A stretch of 64,000 nucleotides of DNA from a virus, in IMG/VR virus record IMGVR_UViG_3300025039_000014, positions 1 to 64,000 of that record; one strand, written 5' to 3'. The translations under genes and the position numbers were made by a program. Shown here one piece after another: positions 41,497-50,609 of the stretch. How positions within the stretch are numbered: the stretch's first letter is position 1; every line of letters begins with the position of its first letter. The notes below the pieces were generated by a model. That model worked only from the letters and a program-made list of their open reading frames with translations, was not told the origin of the DNA and made no database searches.

Positions 41497-41523
41497 GGGG
41501 CTCCAAGTGAGCCCCATTTTTTT
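41497..41523 (+). terminator. intrinsic terminator
   Basis: GGGGCTC-CAAGT-GAGCCCC followed by A and T7. Confidence 0.8.
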
Positions 41524-41661
41524 GGCCTGCAAAATTAAACCAAGGTGTTGATTCAAAACGGTTCGCTGAGACCAACGTGTTGAGATTAACCATCTGATAA
41601 TTAGGGTCTTTTATTATGCAGGCTATCTCGATATGGTCCCGGTTAACAGGAGATCATTGCC

Positions 41662-41961
41662 ATGCAATACACGCTGACCTATCACTTCGTGGACAAGGAA
41701 GGCCGGGTCTATGACACCTGGTTCGAAAGCAGCACCCGGACACAGCCGTGGGAATGTATCGACCTCTCATGGCGTGGCGAGATACCCGTAGCCGGAGACG
41801 AAATTAGCTTCTGGAAACACAGCGGGGAACAACAGCGCCATCGCGTCACGGCGATCATTCAAGATCGTCAATTCTGCTACGGATACCAGGACACCGAGGA
41901 CGTCCAGCATGCATCCACCTGCGATGTGATGCTACGTGCGCGAGTGATCGACATCGACTAG
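41662..41961 (+). CDS. hypothetical protein
   Basis: AGGAG RBS. Confidence 0.65.
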   Translation: MQYTLTYHFVDKEGRVYDTWFESSTRTQPWECIDLSWRGEIPVAGDEISFWKHSGEQQRHRVTAIIQDRQFCYGYQDTEDVQHASTCDVMLRARVIDID

Positions 41962-42132
41962 CGTCGGGAAGCGCTCAATCTGCGCGTCTGAGAGCGTTAC
42001 CTGCTCGACAGTTATCTCGTTACACGTCAGAGACTCCCAGCGACTCCAGCGCGTCTCTGGAGCAATCCCAGTAATCGCAACACCCCTCCCAAAAAGACGT
42101 TGTCGACCCCGGAAGAAAATGCAACTATAAGC

Positions 42133-42153
42133 AGTAAGTCAATACTTACTTAC
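42133..42153. promoter_or_regulatory. GTAAG-palindrome operator copy
   Basis: AGTAAGTCAATACTTACTTAC after TATAAG. Confidence 0.8.
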
Positions 42154-42165
42154 GGCTAATAGAAA

Positions 42166-42552
42166 ATGTTCAACCTGGATCAGCTGTTCGTTCGCCGGCC
42201 ACGAGCCGTCCACATCGAACCCTTCACCGTAAACAAGGCCGACGAGGTCATTCGTGACAGCGCTGGCCACCCGATCATTTTCTACATCAAGACCCGCGAA
42301 GGTCGTCGGCTGATCAACCCCGGAATGATGATTGCGACCAAAACTGACGACTATCGCCATCCGATGGACGCCGACGTGTTCAATCGCGATTACGTCGCGC
42401 TGCTGGGCTACGAGAGCGCACTGGTCGAAGAGTTCAAGCGTCAGATCGCCGCTCAGCTCAGCACGGCTCTCGCTAGCGAGGCACCGATCGCAGCGATTAC
42501 CAACCTGGTGGCCATGATCGAGCCGCCGAAATCACTCGAAGTCACGGAGTAA
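42166..42552 (+). CDS. hypothetical phage protein
   Basis: IKTREG...PG...P..ADVF..DY. Confidence 0.7.
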   Translation: MFNLDQLFVRRPRAVHIEPFTVNKADEVIRDSAGHPIIFYIKTREGRRLINPGMMIATKTDDYRHPMDADVFNRDYVALLGYESALVEEFKRQIAAQLSTALASEAPIAAITNLVAMIEPPKSLEVTE

Positions 42553-42556
42553 CCGC

Positions 42557-43003
42557 ATGTCCGAACAGACGACCAATATCGTGCAGGGCCAGTTCATCGA
42601 GCTTTCACCCGAAGAGCGAGTTCGATTCATGGCTCACCTGACACTCGGCTTTGGTATCCAGCCCCAGATGTCGTTCCAGATGCTCGGCACGGTCATGCTG
42701 CTGCGTAACGCCCGCCGGATGCCGGATCACGATGAGAGCCAGATGATCCAGATGATGGTTGATCAGGCAAACAACGAGCTGAGCGTCCCGGCGGAGAATC
42801 TGCGAGCGGTCATCGAGCGCACACTGGCACATGCCGAGAGCGTTGTCGTTGCCTATGAGTCAGCGGTGATCGACGCACGCCAATCCGACACCCCGGTGGA
42901 TTGGACGCAAGTGGACGATCTGATGAGTGAGCGTGGGGAAGTCATCGGCAGCGACTTCGTGACCCAGTCAGCGAACGATGAGCAAGCCGAGTTCAAGGCT
43001 TGA
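42557..43003 (+). CDS. hypothetical protein
   Basis: GGAG RBS. Confidence 0.7.
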   Translation: MSEQTTNIVQGQFIELSPEERVRFMAHLTLGFGIQPQMSFQMLGTVMLLRNARRMPDHDESQMIQMMVDQANNELSVPAENLRAVIERTLAHAESVVVAYESAVIDARQSDTPVDWTQVDDLMSERGEVIGSDFVTQSANDEQAEFKA

Positions 43004-43103
43004 CCCCCGAGCGCTCGCTTCTAGCCCTGACGCGACGTGATATGATTGTCTTGTTGCAGAGATGCGATCTACCTTTTTGTGAGAGAGAAGGTTAGTTCTT
43101 GAA

Positions 43104-43129
43104 GCCGCCCCACTAGGGCGGTTTTTTTT
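43104..43129 (+). terminator. intrinsic terminator
   Basis: CCGCCC stem, GGGCGG followed by T8. Confidence 0.8.
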
Positions 43130-45604
43130 GTCTGCTGTCACAGTCGTCACGCCGATGATCACGCTTGTGACTCGTAGAATCACCTCAAGGTTAAAATTTT
43201 CTTGGCCATTTTGGTCCGTTTCAAAACCTCTGTTGCGAAACATTCTTATCTTGAAAAGACCATATCGCTCTTTCCTACCGCATATCAGTGACTTAACCAA
43301 AACCCGTCACAACATGAGAAACATTCTCAATAGAGGTTTCGTGAAGGAACCTGGCGGGACCAGGTCACTCGCGCCTCCCACCCCGAAACCCATGTGACGT
43401 CTGTGACGTTTGAGGTCAAAACATAAGGATCGAGGTGACAACACGAATCACGACCCGGTCACGCGATAAACCCTACGGATCAAGCGGTTCCGCGCACACC
43501 CCGCCCTAGCGTCACGACTCCTACCCCGGCATCACGACAACGTCACGCGAATCAGATATCGGGATTCGCTCCACAAAGCGCTCTAAAGCGTTCCCGAGCA
43601 TGAAGCGCTACGTCGACTCAAGTTGATCAGGGAACGCGCTCAAAACGAAGCGCTGACGTCTTCCCGAGCATGATGGATCGCTCGAATCGCTCGAATCGCT
43701 CGACAGCACGAAATCGACAGGGATCGACTCCAGAGACACAGATCACGGACCCCGATCCGAGTGAGACGGTCTCTCGAGCACCAGGCTAGCCGCGCCCGAC
43801 ACCATGATCAGCCAGATCCCATGCGGCAGACCTATATCTCTGTTGTCTGTGTTTTCAGAGAGTGATGGATTTATAGATGGAGACAGGCACCCGAGCTAAA
43901 AACAAAACCTCACTCGGGAGAGACGAAATCCCTGGAAACCTGGAATGGGAAACACCTCGGAACCGGGGTTTCTCCCAACTCACAAAGCCTGATCACCAGG
44001 AGTCCGGGGCTGCGCCGCGTCTAGGCTTCCCGGATCACCATGAAAAAGGGTCTCGCTCTGACCAGGCTCAGGCAACGGGTCTTTCCCAACCAGGCTCCCG
44101 AACACCACGGAATCAGGAAACCAAGTGCCAGGACTCAGCCAGCCGGATTCCGGGAACACCAAGAAAATGGGTGAAATGTTTCCAGGGCTCAGGCTCGGGG
44201 GAAAGAGAAACCAGAGTGAGGAAACCGAATCGACCAGGAGAAAGACAATCCGGGAGAGAAAGCGAACCTGAACCTCAAGGGAACAGAGAGAGCCTGATGA
44301 GCATGGGAGAGAATGAATCCAAGGAGATCATGAGTGTGGGAGTGATAGAGCTGTGGAAAAGGCAGAGAGACGGGAGAGGACGGATAGACGGGAAGAGGTA
44401 TGGAAACGGGGAAAGCGGAGAGAATAGAGGTAGAGAAAAACGGGAGAGAGATGGTGACGGGGAAACGGGGACATAAGGGGCCGGGGCATTGCCGCCTCTG
44501 CCAATCACTCGCCTGGCCGCCTAACCTTGGTCACAGCCTCCACAGCCATCCCGAGCGCCCATCTCCCTTTCTCTCCCAGGCATCGCCGATTCGCACCATA
44601 CTCGGGAAAGGGAAGCTATCCACATAGACACCGACACCAAGGGAGAATCGGGAAAGGCGAGCGATGCACCTATAGAGCGACGCCAAGGGATTGAGCCCGT
44701 GGTCGATCGCAAAGTGAAGGCACCGGGAGAGACCTTGCTAATGCCGGTCATGGGGATTTTTCGCCTCCCGAATCGGTGACGCTCGCGAGGGTCATGGTGC
44801 TCGAGGAACGACCTCGGTGGACACGCCGCGACACCACTCGGCGAGGCGAATGTAACCGTCGGTTACCTTGTCTGAATAGCCGCTGAAAACAGGGTTATTT
44901 CACGGCTTAAAATTGGTGAGTGCAAATAGGCCAGAGGGCAGTGCGTTTTTTCGAGACGGATTTACAGACATAACACCGCGCCGGACCAGAGCTCATTTTT
45001 TCGAGCAGCATCGCAAGTATAAGACCGCAGGTGCGACCTGGCCGTCAAGGGCTTCCTCGGAGCCCAGCATCCACGGGGGTTCGTTCCTCTACCTCACCTG
45101 ACGACTCGATTCGCTTCCCCATTAAAAATCGGAGTTATTATAATAAGAAAAAAACTATCGTTCTTCAGCGTAGAAATTAGTTTCACTCGGTTACAGCTTT
45201 AAATTGCAGGGTTTTGCCCCTGCTGTGCTCGCCCTTTAAATTCTTTACTTAAATATTAATCCAAACTTTAAAATAATATCGCGGTTACACATTCTGAGGT
45301 GCTTCTCTGCAAGCTCATCCTTCCCCTCACCCCGCGTGGCTGGGCGCTTGTAGCCACAAATGCACACGCAAGAGGTGGTAGTAGATCGGATGACAACACA
45401 TGGCAATACATGATCAGGAACCCGAGAGTCGGTCATCGCTCAAAAATGAGCGATATGAAAAAAAGTGGCTCCGAAAGCAAATAAGGGCTTGCCTGCATCG
45501 CAAGGGCAATATAAGTTTTAAATCGTCGACGTTACGCGTTGGCAATGAAACCCACACGCAACAACACACGCCCACTACACGGCGTGACGAGAGAGGTATG
45601 CCTG
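43130..45604. other. 2.5 kb non-coding repeat-rich region (possible origin or other cis site)
   Basis: no credible ORF; GTCAC cluster, ATCGCTCGA x3, purine-biased tract, AT-rich block. Confidence 0.55.
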
Positions 45605-46096
45605 ATGGAAACGCAGAGACTGGAAGCGGTAACGAGAATGACAGAGGGAGAGATCGAGATCGTCAAGTGCGGCGATGAAACGATTGTCTGCCACTACGAT
45701 GCGCCGTCCGTGACGCTCTATGGTGATGTGCAGCACCTGGCGGTGTTCAACGTGACGCTGACCGATCCGGATCGCTTCCCTGACCACCTGCTCTACCGTA
45801 GCTATGTGGTGACGCTGTGGCAGGAACCTGGAAATGATCCGTTCTACCAGACGTCTATCAAAGCCGTGGTGTGTCCGGTGAAGAGTCAGCGAAGGATCGA
45901 GGCGCCGAAGATGTGGTGGTCTATGCCCCTCATGTCGAAGATGAATTTGCTGCCCGATAACTCGACGGCCGAGCTGAGCGAAGACATGCTGGAAGCCATT
46001 GCGAATCGAGCGGCGAAGGAAATGGTATTGGGAGCTTGTGCGCCTGTGCATCCGGTAACGACTGCATGGTCTTCGGCGCATTCTTCGCTGGTATGA
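45605..46096 (+). CDS. hypothetical protein
   Basis: GAGG RBS; in-frame ATG. Confidence 0.55.
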   Translation: METQRLEAVTRMTEGEIEIVKCGDETIVCHYDAPSVTLYGDVQHLAVFNVTLTDPDRFPDHLLYRSYVVTLWQEPGNDPFYQTSIKAVVCPVKSQRRIEAPKMWWSMPLMSKMNLLPDNSTAELSEDMLEAIANRAAKEMVLGACAPVHPVTTAWSSAHSSLV

Positions 46097-46224
46097 AACG
46101 AACCCTCTCCAGTGCGACCTAGTTTGCAGACCGGAGAGCACACGGGAAAGGGTTTGAGCAGGACTATACCGCTAAGGGAGGGTCAGGGGGAAACCCTGAC
46201 TCTCTCGTAGTCTAGGAGAACACC

Positions 46225-46455
46225 ATGGCAAAGAAATCACTGAATGGCTGGATGCGGCTGTGGATCGGTATCTCGAGCTTGTGGATCGGCCTATGGGTCG
46301 CCTTGGGCATTACCGTCAGCATGACAGCCACAAACCCAAATTTTGACTACACCGACATGACACCCACGCTTCTGGTAACCCTCGCTCCACCCGCCGTTCT
46401 CTTCGGCCTCGGTCATTTCGTGGCCTGGATTCGCCGCGGCTTCTCTCACGACTGA
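46225..46455 (+). CDS. small two-TM membrane protein
   Basis: GW.RLW...WIRRGF; AGGAG RBS. Confidence 0.7.
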   Translation: MAKKSLNGWMRLWIGISSLWIGLWVALGITVSMTATNPNFDYTDMTPTLLVTLAPPAVLFGLGHFVAWIRRGFSHD

Positions 46456-46652
46456 GATTCCGCCCACTCTTTTGCCGACAGCCAGGCGTCTTGCGGACGG
46501 GACTCTTCGGCGATCTGCTGAGCGTTCGGTAACACCACGGCGTAGAGCGTGCGGCCGTATCTCGAGGTCTTGATGCACTTGGTGCCGGCAGGCAACAGCG
46601 CCATGGCTTGGTCTTTGTGCGAGGGGGTCGGTTTCTTGTCGAAGGTAATCAT
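46446..46652 (-). CDS. hypothetical protein
   Basis: AGGA RBS. Confidence 0.6.
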   Translation of the reverse strand: MITFDKKPTPSHKDQAMALLPAGTKCIKTSRYGRTLYAVVLPNAQQIAEESRPQDAWLSAKEWAESQS

Positions 46653-46668
46653 GGCTATTTCCTAACGC

Positions 46669-47049
46669 TCATCTACAAGATAGCTCTGGGCGACTTTGAA
46701 CGAACAACATGAAGGCGCTTGGGGCATTGGTAACCGGGCTGATCTGCTCCGATGTCTGGAGATACTCCCAGAACTGATCAAAGATTCCCTCTATATTGGC
46801 GGTAGAACTCATACAGACGGGTAAATCTAGACCTGCGTTGACGTTGTAGAACGAAAAGGCCTTTTGCATATCCAGCATGCCGCGCACATAGGCTTGGTAG
46901 ACAATGGGGGACTGAGCATGGAATTGGATTAACCTCCCCACCGTCTGTCCATTCAAATTTTGAGAATCCGCTGACGCGTCATCTGCCTGAGAAACCGGAG
47001 CCATGCATAAGGCTAAGCTGACCAGAACCAATCTTGCAAAAATTCTCAT
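46669..47049 (-). CDS. exported protein, weakly Rap1a/Tai immunity-like
   Basis: signal peptide; G..L...AYVRGMLD...C...YL...C pattern. Confidence 0.5.
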   Translation of the reverse strand: MRIFARLVLVSLALCMAPVSQADDASADSQNLNGQTVGRLIQFHAQSPIVYQAYVRGMLDMQKAFSFYNVNAGLDLPVCMSSTANIEGIFDQFWEYLQTSEQISPVTNAPSAFMLFVQSRPELSCR

Positions 47050-47250
47050 CGAAAATCTCTCCGTGGTTATCATACAAATATCGGCCATCATGACGGTCTC
47101 ATTAAGCAAAAAAATGGCCCTGGCGTCGTAGGGGAGACGGCCAGGGCCACAACCGAGAGGGTGGGACTCTCGGGTGTTACGCAGGGAACAAGACGAACGA
47201 GTGGTGAACTCAAATCCGCCTTGAGAACCGATACTCGCCGAGAGCTAACC

Positions 47251-47271
47251 ATAAGTCAATGGTTACTTACC
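47251..47271. promoter_or_regulatory. GTAAG-palindrome operator copy
   Basis: ATAAGTCAATGGTTACTTACC. Confidence 0.65.
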
Positions 47272-47630
47272 CATAAGAATAAAAAACCAGAAACGACAAC
47301 GCCCGAGGGGTAGTCACGATCTCGTCGGGAAGACCGTTCTATGCCCACGGGCGCTTTGCAGTATTGGCGTCCTGGCAGAGACGACAAACATGATGGGGAT
47401 CGGCTTATCGACGAGCACCCCGCCAGGACGCTCCCAGTATAAGCACGCTTTCGAGAGCACGCCAAGCGGCGGTGTGACGGGCTTGGACTGATTTTCCTGG
47501 TCATGAATCGTCAATCGCTTACAGACCGTGTTAGAGCGGCTCGATCGAGAATCCAGAGAGAACAGTCGATCGCCGTCGAGGCACGCGAGACACTGTCTCT
47601 CGCAGCGCATGAGTCTCTTCGGCTCAGGCT

Positions 47631-47652
47631 AGTAAGTCATTGGTTACTGACT
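47631..47652. promoter_or_regulatory. GTAAG-palindrome operator copy
   Basis: AGTAAGTCATTGGTTACTGACT. Confidence 0.65.
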
Positions 47653-47782
47653 AAAGTCATTGACAGACAGGCCGTTCTATAAGAACACTAGGAGTTAGAG
47701 GCAGTCAGTAAACGCTGATACCGGCCTTCCAATAACGAGTGATTTTCTCTCTCCCGCAGTCGCAACAATTCGAAGGTGATGT

Positions 47783-48139
47783 ATGGCACTCTCCGCACTG
47801 TCGTTCGTTCCCGCCCACAATCGCGACCAGATCGACATGGAATACGTCGAGACCATGGCGCAGTTCATGGGTATCGATCTCTCCCAGATACGCCAGGACA
47901 TGAAAGACCGTGCCGAACGTAACCAGGAGCTCCACGAGATCGCCTGGCGGGAACGCGAAAACCCCAATTGGGAAACGTCGAAAGCCTTTCACCGCTACGA
48001 GCAGGTCTTCTCTCATGGCTCGGCACAGGTCTTTTACAACGACTGGTTCGATCGCTATGCGGTCTATGGGCTCAAGAAAGGCACCCAGGAGCCGAAATCT
48101 TTGGAAGAGGCGATACGGCTCGTCTACGAGAACAATTAA
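47783..48139 (+). CDS. hypothetical protein
   Basis: AAGGTG RBS. Confidence 0.65.
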   Translation: MALSALSFVPAHNRDQIDMEYVETMAQFMGIDLSQIRQDMKDRAERNQELHEIAWRERENPNWETSKAFHRYEQVFSHGSAQVFYNDWFDRYAVYGLKKGTQEPKSLEEAIRLVYENN

Positions 48140-48157
48140 CCCATAGAGGCGAAACTG

Positions 48158-48508
48158 ATGGCGGTTGGCATGCTGACCATAGAAGACAGCTACGTAGACC
48201 ATGAGAACGGTGAGGTCTTCCTGTTACTGGTCAGGAAGGATTATCAAGGCGAAATAATTTCGGTGGACATTGGCGTGGTGGAGAGCGATCGCGATGTTCT
48301 GCCGAGAGACCTGGACTTTCTCAAGCCCGATTTGATCTCTCGCTCCGCAAAGCATGGCAAGAACTGCGTAATGAACCAGTTCTCTGCCATCAAACGGGGC
48401 ATCCCCTCGCATGAAGCCCTCAAACTCCACGCTCCAAAGAAAATCAGACCATCATGGGCTCCCAATCTGTCGGATGCTTTGTGGCTACCGAAAAAGCCGG
48501 ATAGCTGA
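48158..48508 (+). CDS. hypothetical protein
   Basis: GAGG RBS. Confidence 0.6.
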   Translation: MAVGMLTIEDSYVDHENGEVFLLLVRKDYQGEIISVDIGVVESDRDVLPRDLDFLKPDLISRSAKHGKNCVMNQFSAIKRGIPSHEALKLHAPKKIRPSWAPNLSDALWLPKKPDS

Positions 48509-48568
48509 TTTCGTGAAAGGTTAGCTATCAACACGTAGAGCGCATCGCCGAGATAATGACCATAGCCA

Positions 48569-48638
48569 AGGGTCTCTCCCGCTCAGGCTAAGGGTCTCTC
48601 TTCGCCAGGCTACCGAGGGGTCTTTTTCTCGCAGGCTA
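48569..48638 (+). repeat. three tandem 22 bp repeats RGGGTCT-N8-CAGGCTA
   Basis: units at 48569, 48591 and 48617. Confidence 0.8.
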
Positions 48639-49063
48639 CCAGCACTCACCAAAACGACTCACCGTGGTGGAAATCTCCCATAAAGCGCCATCTGACGGGT
48701 CGACCAGGATCTCACTGTGGTCCTCTCACCGGGGGTGACGTGTCGAACTCGCCCTGCCGCTCACTGACCTTGAGAGCGTGATTCCCGCCCTACCACTGCC
48801 AGTGTCACCCGCTCGCCTGCACACCACGGTCACAGCCACCCAGAATCGCCCCAGGAGCCATTCTCCACTCGGAACCGGGCTTGGTGCTGTCTTGCCATGG
48901 GGAAAGGGAGACGGGGCTGTCTGGGGCTCGTCTGACCGAGGGTAACGCTGACCAGCACCAGGATTGACTGCCGGGATGACGAATTGACGGTGATCGCCAC
49001 GCAACCGACTCACCATGGGGAAAGGGAAACGGGTCCGGTGAGAATCCGGGTGCCACGGTCACA

Positions 49064-49186
49064 GGGAAAGGCTGGCGATCCACTGCTCTCGGTGAGAACC
49101 AAGGTCACTGGGAACGGGAAAGGCTGGCGATCCAACCGGGAACGGGAAAGGCTGGCTTTGCATTTTTGGGAAAGGCTGGCGATCCA
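49064..49186 (+). repeat. 19 bp direct repeats GGGAAAGGCTGGCGATCCA x3 at 52 bp period, plus one partial copy
   Basis: copies at 49064, 49116 and 49168; 13 bp partial at 49144. Confidence 0.9.
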
Positions 49187-49605
49187 TAGACCGTGGTGGA
49201 TAGCCGTGGTGCGGGGTGCTGCCAGCCGCGATTTTTGGCGGCGGCGACGTTGCCACGACGGGTTTTTGCCGCTGGTTACTTTGCCACCCAACGATTTTGT
49301 GGCTAACGACTTGGTGATGTTTTCGCCAGCCTGCTAATGATTAGCCACCCAATCGTTTCTTTGCTGGTCAATCCTCCGGTTCGTTCGCGTCATATCCATT
49401 AGCAGCATACGCGTTAATTCTAAGCGTGATTTGCTCGGGGAAATCAATCTTTTTTTGGTCAAATTCCCTCATAGCGGGAATTTATAGGGTGTTTACGCGT
49501 CATAGTTTTATTTGTGTTTACGCGTTAACAGTAAATCGATAATCTGGATACGTGCTCAAGACGAAGCACACAAAAAAAAGTCTCTCTCTCATTAAGGAAA
49601 TCATC

Positions 49606-50238
49606 ATGAAAATCACAGCTAACGATCGCACTATTGCTACTAACTCCAACGAAAAGAAAGTTTCGTTGTCTGAAAAATTCAATCTTGTCAAGACGCACGT
49701 TTCTTCTCTTGCTATCACGTCTAAGCAAACGAAGATTAAGGAGACGCAAAGCGCAATTATCGACGCATCCAAAAAGCGCGTCGAGAACTACGAAGCGAAA
49801 GCGCAGCGCAACGAAACAGACTATCGCGAATTAACAGTCGAAGTGACTCACGCAAAATATAACGCGTCGTTGCTCGACTTGGACGCAAAAGCGATGAAAT
49901 ACACTATCGACAAGAACATCAATCTCGCATCCGCTGTTAATGAGTCGCGCGAATATAAGAAACGTCTCAAGTCGTTTTTGGAAGCGTGCGCGAACAACGA
50001 CGCATCCAAACTCGACAAAGCGCTAGCGAAGCTACAAGCGCACATGAAAGCGTCCAGCGCATCCGCTATCACTGTCGCGCAAGTCGCGACAATCATGGAA
50101 CACAGCACGACGACGCAAGCGAGCTACTTTAAGAAATTCGCGACAATCCTCGGAGTTGTATCGTCCGAACGCTCTAATCAGTCTCCTATGACAATCAATA
50201 AAGAAAGCGATGTTTATAAAGACTTCGTTTCACTCTAA
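49606..50238 (+). CDS. hypothetical protein (possible C-terminal wHTH), in the GGB-free island
   Basis: TAAGGA RBS; 210 aa with only one Gly and one Pro. Confidence 0.8.
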   Translation: MKITANDRTIATNSNEKKVSLSEKFNLVKTHVSSLAITSKQTKIKETQSAIIDASKKRVENYEAKAQRNETDYRELTVEVTHAKYNASLLDLDAKAMKYTIDKNINLASAVNESREYKKRLKSFLEACANNDASKLDKALAKLQAHMKASSASAITVAQVATIMEHSTTTQASYFKKFATILGVVSSERSNQSPMTINKESDVYKDFVSL

Positions 50239-50251
50239 TTGATCGACACAT

Positions 50252-50277
50252 AAGCGCACTCCTTAGAGTGCGCTTTC
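50252..50277 (+). terminator. hairpin/terminator
   Basis: AAGCGCACTC-CTTA-GAGTGCGCTT-TC. Confidence 0.65.
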
Positions 50278-50303
50278 TCACTGGATTCCGAGGACAATTC
50301 GAC

Positions 50304-50609
50304 ATGATTAAATTCATTATCCGCAATAACACAAAGCGCTTTTACAATGCGCACGCTGTCGCGCAAGTCGACGCGCAGATGATAAACACTCGCATCGTCT
50401 ACTTCGTTCGCGCTGGATATATCATCGACACGAAAGCGCATCCATCATGCGCAGACTTTGAGCGTCAGCACGTCGCAACATATGCGACACGACAGGATGC
50501 GGAACACGCAGCGTATGACGCAATTGACGGAATCGCTAACGAAGTCGACTTCGACGTGATCGAAGCGTATTTTTATCGCTATCATGTCCAGCAATTCAAA
50601 GCAGCGTAG
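50304..50609 (+). CDS. hypothetical protein, in the GGB-free island
   Basis: GAGGA RBS; 101 aa. Confidence 0.7.
   Translation: MIKFIIRNNTKRFYNAHAVAQVDAQMINTRIVYFVRAGYIIDTKAHPSCADFERQHVATYATRQDAEHAAYDAIDGIANEVDFDVIEAYFYRYHVQQFKAA

Noticed and set aside
43877-44476. 199 aa ORF
   Set aside because: Low-complexity product of a purine-skewed tract; no RBS; atypical codons.
47314-47610. 98 aa minus-strand ORF
   Set aside because: Weak RBS and no recognisable features; left uncalled.
49064-49186. CRISPR array
   Set aside because: Only three 19 bp repeats; the spacers contain partial repeats; no cas genes in the window.
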